A stretch of 64,000 bases of DNA from Azolla caroliniana (taxonomy: Eukaryota; Plantae; Polypodiophyta). Under the pieces are notes generated by a model. It was not told the origin of the DNA, did not search any database, and saw only the letters and a program-made list of their open reading frames with translations. Each line of letters starts with the position of its first letter. The first letter of the stretch is position 1. Below are positions 1-13,310 of the stretch, piece after piece. The stretch is from the NCBI GenBank assembly GCA_043228905.1, contig JBHGNT010000010.1, forward strand, positions 8,866,001 through 8,930,000, written 5' to 3'. The translations under genes and the position numbers were made by a program.

Positions 1-306
1 CATTTCTTCATCAACTATACTCGCCCCTCCAACCATATTATACCGGGATCCTTTCGGGGGGAAGTAACACACGACGATAAATATCGCGTAGTCCTTGCTA
101 GTGAGGACTTTCACCCACATAAAACGTGCTTCTGGGTCTTTCTTTAGTATTTCTATCCTATTATGTATCTCTCTCCGAAATAGTATCCCAACCCCTCCAA
201 ACCCTCTAGTAGTATGTCAACGTGAGGTTTGTCTAAAGACAGATTCCCAACGAAAACCGTCAACTCGTGGCAGTCCTCGATTTGGGCTCTGATGTGTTTC
301 TACTAA

Positions 307-1043
307 AAAAAGTATGTCAATAGAGGGCCAACCTTTCGGTTCGTAAATGCCGTTGAATACATTACGGTTGGCTACTTCGATGAATTAAAGAAACAAAGAA
401 TCAATGAGCATTCTAATGAAATCGGAGGTTCAAATCTGTTGGTATATCCAACAGTGACACGAAAATTGTGACATGTCACCACGACAGAACGGGGACTTGT
501 TAACCCATACCAAAAACCGCAACGACTTATGATGTGTTTGATCAAGATGTTTTTTGTAGAAGGAGATTGGATATTAGACCTCTTTTCTGGCACAGGTATT
601 TATTCCTCGAGCTAGCTTAACGATCTTGAGATAACCAATACTGATTCTTTTTTGTTTGAAAACTAATTCTTCTTCTTGCTTTCTTCACAGGGACAACGTC
701 TACATGTGCATTGAAGCTCTTCAGAAACACATTTGCATTGGAGAAGGACGAGGAGCAAGTTATATTTATAAACATGAGGATTAAGGCTTTGTGGGAGTGC
801 CCAGATCAGGACAAGGAGGTCGGTGCAAAGAACCTCGTTGATACTGAAAGGTTTCAACCTACTTCGCGATAGCCTATTCCTCCGTTAGTCAGGGAACCGG
901 GGGAGCAAATAGAGCTTGATGATGAGCTTATAGAAGATATTACGTTGGCTCGGCTAACAGGGGAAGACAATGCACGTATAGTCGAAGAGACTTCTATAAG
1001 AGATGAAGAAGAAAATGACATTGATGATTTCATTGTTATGTAA
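307..1043 (+). pseudogene. Beta-class DNA amino-methyltransferase (N6_N4_Mtase-like) C-terminal remnant, spliced, with in-frame stops
   Basis: Manual translation, exon ~307-595: KKYVNRGPTFRFVNAVEYITVGYF...VNPYQKPQRLMMCLIKMFFVEGDWILDLFSGT. After removing GT-AG intron 596-690 it continues GTTSTCALKLFRNTFALEKDEEQVIFINMRI, then an acidic tail ending at TAA 1041-1043. This matches the P-x-QKP...LD-x-F-x-G-x-GTT...R...E pattern (motifs X-I-II). Stops: TGA 469-471, TAG 870-872. Confidence 0.8.
596..690 (+). other. Spliceosomal intron (95 bp, phase 1) inside the SAM-binding motif of the methyltransferase
   Basis: AG|GTATTT donor, CTAAT branch-like site at ~663, pyrimidine tract, CAG| acceptor. Removal restores the frame and the motif DLFSGTGTT. 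Confidence 0.8.
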
Positions 1044-1415
1044 TAGACTCTTTTGTTGACGAAATGTATTGTTTGGAATTCACATTACTAATACAAATTT
1101 TGGGTTCTACTTGGTGTATTCCATTCTTTATATTCTTCTATATGTTTCAATTTTATTTCTATATACTTGGTTTGTTGACTTATGACATTGGTTTCACCAC
1201 GTGTATTGTTGACTACCAATATGGAGAAACATGAATTAGTTTACATTAAGGTTGACTACCAGTCCATATATTATGGATCTTTGTCTTCTATTGCTAAAAC
1301 TATTATGTTTCTCTTCCATTGCTGCTTAGATTGTGTAGTGTATTGATAATGGTTCCACTCGCGTTATCCGCATGTTTTTATACGCTTGTAGTTCCACTAG
1401 TGTTATCGTTCGGAG

Positions 1416-1692
1416 TTTGATCTCGTGTGAATCACCTAAGGATTAGATTAGATCAATTTTAAATACAAGTATTGAAAGCCTTAATAGGTTTGTTATTTCC
1501 ATCACATTATCCTAAAGTTCATTGTCTTACATTGTCCACAATTATATACATATGGTTTGATCCCATGCGAACAAATTAAGGAATGGATTAGATCAACTTT
1601 AAATACACGTATTAAATACCTTAATAAGTTTGTTATTCCAATCACATTATCCTAAAGTTCACTATACTACATTGTCCACAATTATATACATA
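1416..1692. repeat. Two diverged tandem copies of a ~138-bp unit
   Basis: gtttgatc...gattagatcaa...atcacattatcctaaagttca...cattgtccacaattatatacata occurs at ~1416-1551 and ~1555-1692. Confidence 0.85.
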
Positions 1693-3389
1693 CGACAATG
1701 AGTCAAAGTATAAATTATAACTCATTTTATTAGTATGGTTACAAGTACACCTCATATTTTTATAAAACTTACCAAAATAATATAAGTCTTTAACTTAGTG
1801 TTTTCCATGTCTCACATTAGTGAGATATTGAGCCATTGTTGAACTTTATTATGCCTACATTAACTTATCAACACATCCAAACTTATTTGAATTTCTAATG
1901 TTCTCCACTCGGAGACCTATCATCTATTTTTATATTTGCAAATTCTAATCAAGTTGTGGAACATGTGATACTAGTGCATCCAATTTTTGTAGAGAGGGTA
2001 TATTTGGATATTTTCAAGAAGATTCTACAAGTGGAATGTGTGATCCTTCCACTTGTGAACGCGATCATGTTTTACACCTTTGTACCTATATTCTCCTCAC
2101 ACATGTGCACTTGCACATGAGATCTATATATACCTCATTGTAGGTATTTTTGTATTTGATGATGATAATGCTAGTTTAATTATAGAGTTAATGATCCCCC
2201 ATCTTGTGTTGTCCATAAGTGTTAACTTCCTCTCACACACATACACACACATACACACACATATCACTTAATCTTCTGCTTATCAACTAATCACATAATT
2301 AGGTACTAATTAACCTGTAGGTAATCACCTAATTCTTAACACTTTGCATGTAAGAAAATGGGCCATATGGCCAGACATTGCCCTTTGTATTGGAAGAAAA
2401 GAGAAGGCAAGGGAAATCAGGTCACCAAGATGCCCGATAACCCAATGTTAGTGATGGGAGGGTAGAGGATCCTCGCACATGTTGGGAAGCAAGTCATTGG
2501 GGAAGAAAGATGGGTAACACCAAGGAAAGTGGCTAGGTCTAACATTCACAATCATAAGGGTTCTCCTACAAGTGACAGTTCCAGTTCGAATAGATTTGAT
2601 ATCTTGTCACAAAGGGAAGAGGAAACCCATGAGGGTGGGATAATTTTGACGACTCCAATTGATTTGCTTCCAAGAGTCGAGACCCTGGAAACACTTGTAG
2701 AGCCCTCTGGAACCCGGGGCAAGAGACTTTCATCAAACCTAAGAACGGTTAAGGCGTGGATTAGGAAAGGGAAGGACAAGGAGAGTCATGCGGACATGGG
2801 TAATAGTGAAGTGCAGAAAATGATTGCCCGTATTGAGGCCGGAAATCCCTCGATTGTGGGAGTTGACTTTGTTATGATGAAAGACTAGAAGATGAAAGGT
2901 ATGGAGGTACCCAAGGTCGCGGTGAACATTGGTACTCCCAAGCAAAGAGTTCACGGTTGGAATAGAGCACACATGGTCCTCATCAATAATGACTCTGGTA
3001 GACCGGAGATCGGTTGCTCCTTCCAATTCGAGCCTGATTTGGAAGATGGAAGGGGAGAAGAATCCGCCTTGAAGAAGTTTTGTAACAGGGTAGCAGTGTG
3101 TATGTGATACCTTATATCTGAAAACGAGGCCAAGGGGTTGCATGCACAATGGAAGAGCTCCTTGATACACAGAGAGATTCGAGAACTTGGTCCAAAATTT
3201 CCCTTCGTTTGCATATGGAGGGTGCACGATCTTATGCTAAATCCTGGTAAGTTCCACTTCCATTGTGGTGAATTACCCAATGATCAAAAATGGGAAATAA
3301 GAATGGTGTGGGAAAACATATGGAGTATGATGATGACATATTCTTCGGGCAAGGGTCAATCCCCCTTGGCTCTTCTTTTGAGCCCAAGT

Positions 3390-6300
3390 CAATCAGACTT
3401 TTCTCTTTGAATGTGCAAGAACTTGGTGGGTCCCATCATCTGCTTGAGAAGTGGATTTTTAGGAAGGAATTTGAAGTTGTTAACTTATGTAGGAATATTG
3501 ATATTTTGCTCTTACAAGAGCATCACCTTGGCCGAGAAAGGACAGAACTTTTCAAAGACCCGTTGCCAGGGGATTGGCACACATGGTGGGCTCCAGCTCA
3601 CAATGTGCTAGAAAGGAGAGTTGGAGTCTATATTTCGGTGATAAAATCACCGGATATCGTCATTTTGGATCAAAGTCCAAAATTCCCTCTTATGACAACT
3701 GGATAGTAGCAGGAGATTTCAACATGACTAAGAGGACCGATGATTGTCAGGGGGCTCACTCGAACTTGTTACAGGGAGAGGAGCTTAGAGCATGGGGTTT
3801 CTTAATTGCTATGCTTGGAATCAGATTTCTTGGTATTCTTGTATGGTGGTTGAGGAGAATTCCTTGCGGTTTTCACGATTTGGTTGGAAGGAGAGTGAAG
3901 GATGTCACTCTAGATTGGACCATATCTATGTGAGCCCCAAAATTGAGGATTGGAGCAGTTGCACATCCATTCTAGCTGGCTTTATGTACTCCGATCACCT
4001 TCCAGTTTCCTTGACTCTCGATCCTATTCATAAGAAGAAGAGTGAGTGCAATTTGAGGATTCCTTTGAGGATTTTTGGTATCTAGAAGGTTAAGGATGAA
4101 GTGATTAACATCTGGTCAACATCTCCATTATCCAACGACCCGATACAGGTACTAGAGGATAAGATTATTAATTCTTCACATGCTCAGCTCAAAAGCTTAC
4201 GCAAGTGGACCCACACTGTTCATGGGGAAAGATAGACTGCAGGAAGCCACAAGGGTGTTGCAGGAGACTAGGCAGCAAAGGGAGCAATTCCTCTTCAGAA
4301 AGTCGACAGCATGGTGGGTTGTCAAGGGAGATAAAGTTAACAATGAGTTTTTTCTTACCAACGCTCCAAAACTGAAGGGAAAGTTTATTCTAAGTCTTAA
4401 GCAAGAGGATGATTCGGTGACAACTGACCAAGATGAAATCTTGCAAATGGCAACGAAGTATTACAGAGACCTTTTAGCTCCAACATTGATAGAACCCCAC
4501 TGATTAACTTCATGCATCATGTAGTTGCATGCTTGAAGACCAAGATTGGAGAGGTAGCCAAATCACAGTTGTCAAAGACCATAGAGAAGGAAGAGATTGT
4601 AGCGGGGCTAGATAGGATTCATAGTAGGGCTTGCCCTAGAGTTGACGGCCTTCCCAAAGCCTTCTTCATGGAATTTTGGGAGCATATTTTTCCTAGTTTG
4701 GAAGCTGGATTCCAAGAAATGTGGAGAACAGGAAGGATGCCGAGCAGCTTCAATGAAGGATTGATATACCTGATTCCTAAATTGGAGAAGGTGTCGCACG
4801 AGATTAGACAGTGGAGGCCCATCACCATTTTAAATATTATAAATTTTTTGCTAACATACTAGTGCAGAGAGTCAAGCCCTTTCTAGGAGATATCATCCAG
4901 ACCAATCAAACCGGTTTCATGGATCATCGATCTATTATGGACAATGTGATATTGTTTTGGGAGGTTGTTGCGACAACAAGGGGGACCAAGCAAAACTTAG
5001 CTTGTCTGATGCTTGACTTCGAGAAAGCCTATGATCGAGTGCAATGGTATTTCCTTGAAGAAGTGATGAAGGTGATTGAGCTACCCTGGGAATGGCGGTG
5101 TGCTGCTCAAGCCTGATATAAGAATGGCTCAAGTAAGGTGTTGATTGCAGGGAGGAAAGGAGCTAGAAACTCTCTAACTAGATCCATCATGCAAGGTTGT
5201 CCTCTCGCCCCCTTTCTATTCCTCTTTATTACTGAAGCAATGTTTTCCTTTTGGAATAGTCAGACGGCAAATTTACATGGTCTTTCAATTCCTAACACAA
5301 GGCAGTCCTTGCTCGATTTGGAGTTCATGGTTGATACGATGCTATACGTCCAAGGTAATGAAGTGAATTTGGGGAGGGCACAAACTGCTATCGAGCTCTT
5401 TTACAAAGCATCGGGAGCCACCATCAATTGGAATAAGTCCAAGGGTTTTTGGGTTAGCTCAAAGGCCGAGCCGATATGGAAACCAAATGTTGATTTCAGA
5501 TTGCAAAAGGGGAAGGCACCATATATATGGGAATGTGGAGTGGTATAGATATCGACAAAAGAATACAGTTACAACAAATTCAAAGTAAAATTTGCAACAA
5601 AATCTGTATCTGGTCAGGGATGAATTTATCATTAGCTGGCAGGATCATAGTAGTTAACCATGTGCTCTTGTCTACTATGTGGCATGTGGTCTCAGTGTGG
5701 ATGTTTGACAGGCATGTTGTTCGTATTGTTAAAGTGTGTATCAGGGGCTTTCTATGGGTTGGGAATAGGAAAGGTAACGCGGTAGCTAAAGTATCATGGT
5801 CTACATTGATTCTTCCCAAAAGTAAGGGGGGTTTAGGATTGATCGACCCTGGAGTACAAAGTCAATCATTGCTATGTAAGGTATTGGTAAGGAGCTTGAT
5901 GCCTGAAAATGAGTTATGGAAAACATTGATTTTTAATAGGAGCATCCTTTGGAGTCCACGACTTGGTGGGCATTGGAAGACACATAAATCATGACTATTT
6001 TGTATGGACTTAAAGCTTAGGAAATCTAATCGGTTGGTTGATCGCACATGTATGTCAGTGATGAAGGTGTGGGATATGCTCCGTGGGCATCTTAGCCGTA
6101 TAGGTCCAAGTACTAATGTTGAATGGATGCACCAACCCCTATTGTGGAACAAGGGGAAGATGCTCGGCCAGAGCAAGGGTATGTCGTGGGCTATATTGCA
6201 TGGTGTTGGGATTCAGTCATTGGCAAATTAAATGCAGTTGTCCCCTAGTAATTAGGATAAAGTGTATGAAGATGCGAGAAAGTTCAGAAATGGTAGGAAG

Positions 6301-7418
6301 ATGCTTGACCTAGTCAATAAAGTTGTTTACTCTGTTCCTAATAGTAATGGGGAAGAGGGTGAATGGTTCGTACTATGTGGTGATGCCAGAAAAGTTATCA
6401 ATGCCAAGGATATAGGAAAGAATGGGAAGATCATCCAGTTGGGATCTATAGTTGCAGGTGCTCGTTGGTCCCCGATTAGAATTGTGGCATGAGATGGTAA
6501 GAAATGGAAGGTGAATCCATCAGTCGATGAGGTTGAGGAGGATTGGATCTTGTATGTAGTTGAAGGTAAGCCACTCGAGTGTTTAGAATGGGATTCTGTA
6601 GAATATACATGGAGGGACGAACAAGGTAAATCACGTGGTTTCTTTGACTACTCAACTCGCTTAGGGAGATATTATGCTTGCATCATGAGAAGTGTGTCAA
6701 CAAATGGACCCATGTAGCTGTCGATTAGGTCTTTGTGGATAAAACTAGGAGCAGGATATGGAACTCATCCCTCCCCGAGAGGGTCAAGGTGTTTTTTTGG
6801 CTAATGACCCATCAGGCTGTTCCAACAGGAGAGTGGCTGGGGAAAAGGAGTTGGGAGCGAGTTTGGAGGACATCGCACATTGTTTATGGAGTTGCCCGCG
6901 AGCCCAAGAAGTTTGGATGAGGAGCTTAAGAATTCTGGCTCAATGCGGGATTGAAGTTCAGGTATCAAGTGCAACAATTGTTTGGTTAGCTACTAAATCA
7001 GCTACATGGTTTCATGGGTGGAATGGAAAATAGCCCTTCTTTAAAGGTGGTGAATGGAACAAGTCAACCTGCAGCTCAAGGAGATTCATTTTACATACAG
7101 GAACAGTACGTAGATGTTTGGTTTTTAGTGGTTGGCCTTACTGTTTGGTAAGTGTAGGTATCTAGGTGCAAGGAGTTGTTTACCGAGAAGCAAACCCCAT
7201 CGGCTGAGACTTTAATGATGATTTGGTTTAATCTAATTTCTACGTTACAAGGAAAATTTGACAACCTTCAGGGGCCCTCTAGACACCACTTCCTTCTTAA
7301 ATGGAGAGGTTCTCCAATGTTACAGATGGTGGATGGCAATGCAAAGTGGATTTATCAACCACCGCGGTGGTTGTTTCCTCCTAGGGTACCAAACATAGAG
7401 GTAGGTGCTGAATTGTGA
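3390..7418 (+). pseudogene. LINE ORF2 (APE endonuclease - reverse transcriptase - zf-RVT), frameshifted
   Basis: LQEH, AGDFN, SRLDHIY, SDHLPV (endonuclease); WRPIT, LDFEKAYDRV, QGCPLAP (RT); HCLWSC (Cys/His region). Confidence 0.9.
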
Positions 7419-7466
7419 AGAGATTGGAGGATGTCTTTGCTAAATGTGGATTGTGTGAGGTTCATG

Positions 7467-10400
7467 TGATGTGAATCGATAGAGCAGAAAATCAAGAGAC
7501 AATTTGTCTATTCTTCTCTTGATTGTAATTCACGGACAGTGAAGGATGAAGGAGTGGTGCTCCTTAGTTGTAGTATGCGAGAGGAATAGGGGGTGAGCAA
7601 CAAAGGGGGTTCAATTGATACAATAGGGTGGAGATTACAATAGAGATAAAGAGGGTAAATCTCTGCAACAGAGAGAAAGGGGGGAAAACGACACACACAG
7701 AGGAACCAAACACTTGCTCACTCACTCACTTAACTCACACTCTCTCTCTCTCCCCACACAACTAAGTGAAAGACCAGTTTTGGCCTTTTCACACTTACCA
7801 TGTATCGGGGATACATGTATAACAATCTCCCACTAAAAGGCCTAAACTAGGAGTACAAATAATGGGAGGTTGACCTATACAAGACCTAGACCTATACCTC
7901 CCCCCTGATGGGCATGTTACACAATGTACACAACAAGTGTGTAACGTAAGGTACTAAGTAATGCCCATCAAGTAACAACAATGCTCCAACGCATCTTGTG
8001 GTAAGGCCTTGGTCAATGCATCTACGACATTTTCGCGAGAAACAACATTCTCAATGTTATGCATTCCAAATGAAATGGTATCGCACTCCAATATGTTTGG
8101 TCTTCACATGATCCGGATTCTTAGCCAAAGCAATGGCACTCTTACTATCACAAAACAGTTTGGGTACATGTTGCGGTATACCCATGTCACTAGCTAATCA
8201 AGACAGTCACACCGCTTCCTTACATGACTCACTGGTTGCAACATACTCAACCTCTGTTGTTGACAATGCGACACAATCTTGAAGATGAGATCTCCAAGCA
8301 ATAACACCTCCCATAATCTGAAAGATGTACCCTGAAGTAGATTTCCTACTGTCAGCGCATCCGACATAATCTGAATATGTGTATCCAATGATAGAGGCAT
8401 CCCCTTTGCCTAAACAAAGGCACTTATCCTTAGTGCCACTCAGATATCTCAGTATCAACTTGACTGTATCCTAGTGTTTCTTCCCAGGGTTTGACATCAA
8501 TCGACTTACAGCTCCCACTACAAATGCAATGTCTGGTCTAGTAGCCACCATGGCATACATAAGACTCCCAACTACGGATTGATAAGGAACCTTGGACATG
8601 AATTCCTTGTCCTCATCAGATGTGGGGCAATCACATGTGCTCAGTTTTACATATGTAGGCAATGGAGTGCTCAACGGCTTTGCATTCTCCATATTAAACC
8701 TCTTGAGCACTTTCGATATGTACTCAGCCTAAGACAAGTAAATGCATTGCTTACTCTTATCACGAGTAATACGCATACCAAGAATATGTTTTGCATCTCC
8801 CAAATCCTTCATGTCAAAATTCTGGCCCAAGTTTTTCTTCAACGAGGATAACTCACCCTTGTTTTTACCAACAATAAGCATGTCATCAACATATAGTATC
8901 AATGTGATAAAACTCCCATCTGAACAGTTTTTTGTATAAAGACGTGCATCCTCGTTGCTTCTAGTATATCCTTGAGTCTTCATAAAAGCATCAAACTTTT
9001 GGTACCACAACCTAGGGGACTTGACTGCTTAAGCCCATACAAACTCTTCTTGAGTTTACATACCAAATGTTCTTTTCCTGAGACTTCATGCCCTTCAGGT
9101 TGTTCCATATAAATATCCTCATCAAGGTCCCCATGTAAAAAGGCAGTCTTCACATCTATTTGGACTAATTCCAAATTCTGATTTGCAGCCAATGAAAGCA
9201 ACATACGCAATGTAGTCATCTTAACTACAGGAGAAAAGGTTTCATCAAAATCAATTCCATGTTCTTTCTTGAAACCTTTGGCAACCAAGTGTGCTTTATA
9301 TTTTGGGGAAGCATTATCAAAGGTATACTAGTACTTGTATACCCATTTGCATGGCAATGCTTTCCTATCCTTTGGCAAAGGTACTAGATCCCAAGTACCA
9401 TTTTTATAAATGTTGTCCAATTCATTTTGCATGGCACACTCCCACTTAGCATGATCATTGGCCAAAATAGCTTCCTTATAACAAGAGGGTTCACCACCAT
9501 CCGTTTACACACGTAGTCCGTGAGCTTAGCAGGTGGCCTAGAGACACGAGTAGATCGTCTCACTGGTTGCTGAACCAGAGTCGGATTGTTTTCAGGTTGT
9601 ACACATGCATCCTCATTTTGAACATCCTCATATGGGTGAACATTTATAGGATTGTTCAGCATCGGTGTGGGGTTAACCTTTTTCACACTAATAGAGGGTA
9701 TAACATCTTGAAATGCCACTTTCCTCACTTCCACTTCCTTAATTGGCTGCTTATGCATAATCTTTTCATTGAAAACGACATCACTACTTCTGATTATAGT
9801 GCATGTTTCAGGATCCCACAAACGATATCCAAATTGACCATCTACGCCATAGCCAAGGAAAATACATTTCCTCCTCTTAAAATCTAGTTTTTTCCTTAAT
9901 TGTTTTGGAACATGAACATACGCTTCACATCCAAATACCCTAAGATGATCATAGTTTGGGGTTTTTCTTGTCCACAACACTTGCGCCACTTTCAAGCCTT
10001 TGGCAATGCTAGGTGATAGATTTATCACATGGACTGTTGTCCGAACTACTTCAGCCCAAAAACCTTGCAGCAGATTTGCATGATGCAACATAGAAACAAC
10101 CCTATCCTGGATGGTTCTATTCATCCTTTCTGCCACACCATTTTGTACCAAAGTGTAAGGGGCAGTAAACTCTCTAGGCATGCCTCTAGAATCACAAAAA
10201 TCTCTAAACTCATGAGAGGTATACTCACCTCCATTATCAAAACGTAAAGCCTTAAGCTTTATACCCTTTTCAGTCTCAACCGAGGCAAGCCATTTTCTAA
10301 AAGTAGAGTATACATCGCCCTTTTGTTTTATGGGATACACCCAAACCTTTCTTGTGGCATCATCAATAAATGTAACAAAATACAAAGCTCCACCCAATGA

Positions 10401-13072
10401 TCTAGTAGGCATAGGGCCACATACATCTATATGAACTAGATCCAAGGGTTGAGTAGACGAATCAGAATTAATATTTTGATGCACACTTCTAGTTTGTTTA
10501 CCATATTGACAATGCTCACAAACTGAAAAATTTGAAAATGATAACATAGGTAAATAGTCAAAACATGATAATATTTCCATTGCAGTACGAGACATGTGAC
10601 CTAAATGGCCATGCCAAATACAAGTCATAGGTTGTTCTATGACTGTCAAAAGATGCTCCTTTTGATGGACAACTAAAGGATAAAGTGAACCAACTTTGTT
10701 CCCTTTGGCAATAACCATATTTCCTTTCGTAATACAAAAGGACTGGGTAGCAAAAAACACTTTAAAACCAATGTTATCAAGTTGTCCAATAGACATTAAG
10801 CTACGAGTTAGCTCAAGCACATGGCGTACATTTTGTATGGTAAACTGAGAGCCATCAAAAAATTGTACCATGACATCTCCGATGCCAATCATATCACACT
10901 GATGTGAATCTCCAAGTCGTATTGTACCAAGTGATTTAGCTTCGTATTGTGTGAACTACTCTCTATGTGGAGTCACATGCAATGAAGCACCAGAGTCCAA
11001 CAACCATGTATGAGAGAGCACATGAGCAATATTAGCCTCAGCATAGGTAGCATCATCATCCATGACCAAGATGTCAACACCATCATCGCATGCAACATTT
11101 ATTTCCTCTATCTTCAGCAAAGATGATGAACCAGCCAATTGTTTAACATGCCAATCACCATGAGTTTTACTCTTTTCCTTTTCTTTGTTCTTCAAGGCAT
11201 AACAATCTTTCTTAATATGACCCTTCTTGTGGCAATAATGGCATTCCACAAGTCTCTTCCTAGACTTACTTCTGCTCTTGTCATGATTTCCATGACTATT
11301 TCTGGTTTGGCTTCTACCACGTTGGTGGTTTTTACCATAACCAACATCTCGAACATTATATGCATCTCCAACTTGAGAGGAAACCATAGATTTCCTACGT
11401 ATTTCTTCACCCAATAGTGCTCCACTTATGTCATTATACACCAATTTCCCGTTTGGTACACTAGCACTAATAGCGGTGCAAAATGTGTCCCATGAGCTAG
11501 GCAATGTGCATAGCAAAAATACAACTTTCAGCTCATCATCCATGGTCATTTTCTAAGCTTGCAATTGCGACCATAATGCATCAAACTGATTTAAATGAGA
11601 CGCAATACTATCTGTATCCTTCATACGAAGGTCATATAACTTTCTCATCAAATACACCTTGTTTGCTGCAATCTCCTTCTCATAGGTATTGCATAGTTTT
11701 TTCCAAAGTTCTTCGAAGTTTTAGTTGTCTATAACAATAAAGTAGACACTATCCGCCAAGTGCAATCTTATAGTGGACATGGTCAAGGCATCAAGTTCCT
11801 CCCAATCATCATCATCCATGTCATTCGGCTTCTTCGCTTTGCTGCCTAGGGGCCTCGTTTGCTTTCTTTGAACCAATACATCACACATCTTATTCTTCCA
11901 CAAAGCAAAATTAGATCCATCAAATTTCCAGATCTCAATATGATCTTTTCCCAAAAAAGAATAGTTCTTACTTGAACTATTGCGGGCAACATAAGTGCTA
12001 CTAGATACATCCAACATTTCAAACTCCATGGGAGTGAACGACAATATCAGGCAACGATTGGGCAACAAAAAACTAGTTACCAACTATCTTATGGCAAACT
12101 GTCAAAGATTGATACCCAATATTTCGTGTAACGCACACCACTGAAAGCATACAACTTCCAAAATATCAGCAGTGAACTGTCAAAGAGGGCTGATACCACT
12201 CTTGCATATAACAAGCACCACTTAAAGACATAATTTCCGAAATGTCAACAATATTGACTAGCATACATCTCCCAATCACAAATTGTAGGCAACTGCTTTG
12301 TTATACATTCACATTGACCCCAAATTTCTCTTCCAAAAGTAGCAACAATATTGACTCGCATACATCTCCCAAACCACAAACTGTAGGCATCAGCTTTGCT
12401 ATGCATTCACATTAACCCCAAATCTCTCTTGCAAATGTGGCAGGGGTCTCTCCCACCACAGCTTATTTCCACCCAAAGAATGTTTCGCATATGATGGATA
12501 ATAAGAGAGTTTAACCAAGGGAAATACCTGTGAATAGCAGGCTCCTTTCTTCAATGTTGAAGATGCTGGAGATGCCCAACAATAGGCAGATGCTTCAGCC
12601 GACCCCAATACTCTAGCGCTCGCCACACAAATCTCCTACGCCACTACAAGTCTCGGGCGCTTGTTGCTTCCGACTCCAAAGCTTCCCCTCGCTGTCTCTC
12701 AAGCTCTAATACCACTGATGTGAATCGATAGAGCAGAAAATCAAGAGACAATTTGTCTGTTCTGCTCTTGATTGTAATGCACGGACAGTGAAGGATGAAG
12801 GAGTGGTGCTCCTTAGTTGTAGTATGCACGAGGGGAATAGGGGGTGACCAACAAAGGGGGTTCAATTGATACAGCAGGGTGGAGATTACAATAGAGATAA
12901 AGAGGGTAAATCTCTGCAACAGAGAGAAAGGGGGAAAACGACACACAAAGAGGAACCAGACACTCGTTCACTCACTCACTTAACTCACACTCTCTCTCTC
13001 CCCACACAACTAAGTGAAAGACCAGTTTTGGCCTTTTCACACTTACCATGTATCGGGGATACATGTATAACA
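7467..13072 (-). mobile_element. Full-length, degenerate Ty1/copia retrotransposon
   Basis: LTRs 7467-7824 and 12716-13072 (TG..CA); TSD TCATG at 7462-7466 and 13073-13077; tRNA-Met-type PBS (tggtattagagc) next to the right LTR; PPT next to the left LTR. Minus-strand order: gag CHYCHKKGHIKKDC, LDSGAS, integrase, RT LYVDDM, RNase H. Confidence 0.95.
12246..12430. repeat. Tandem ~97-bp duplication in the copia leader
   Basis: caacaatattgact-gcatacatctcccaa...tgtaggca...cattcacatt-accccaaat appears twice. Confidence 0.75.
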
Positions 13073-13310
13073 TCATGTTGAGGGGAGTCTGTCAGGTAAT
13101 TCTGTGACGAGGCTTTGTTGCTTCATTTATACATGATTTTTTCTTGTAGCCATTGCAAAGTGGCTTGTAAGATATGAGTTGTATATTATCCTATGTACTT
13201 TTTCTTAACTAATGGAACTAGATTTTATTTATTTTTTTGGAAAAAAAGAATTAAAAAAATTTGACTTGATTTGGAAGTTCATTTGCCCATTTTTTTGAGA
13301 GATGTGGATT

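Larger units (their letters stand above)
2343..13259 (+). mobile_element. 5'-truncated L1-like LINE, its 3' UTR split by a copia insertion
   Basis: Begins inside the ORF1 zinc knuckle (FACKKMGHMARHC). ORF2 fragments follow to 7418. The 3' UTR resumes at 13073 after the copia TSD and ends in an A-rich tail at ~13241-13259. Confidence 0.85.

Noticed and set aside
1-306. Possible N-terminal catalytic motif (DPPY/SPPY) of the methyltransferase
   Set aside because: Only DPFG and SPL were found in the forward frames, and the methyltransferase frame has several stops here. Cannot be assigned.
1416-1692. CRISPR-like array (also the repeats at 43200-43430 and 63146-63290)
   Set aside because: Tandem or degenerate repeats without unique spacers, in eukaryotic DNA with no cas genes.
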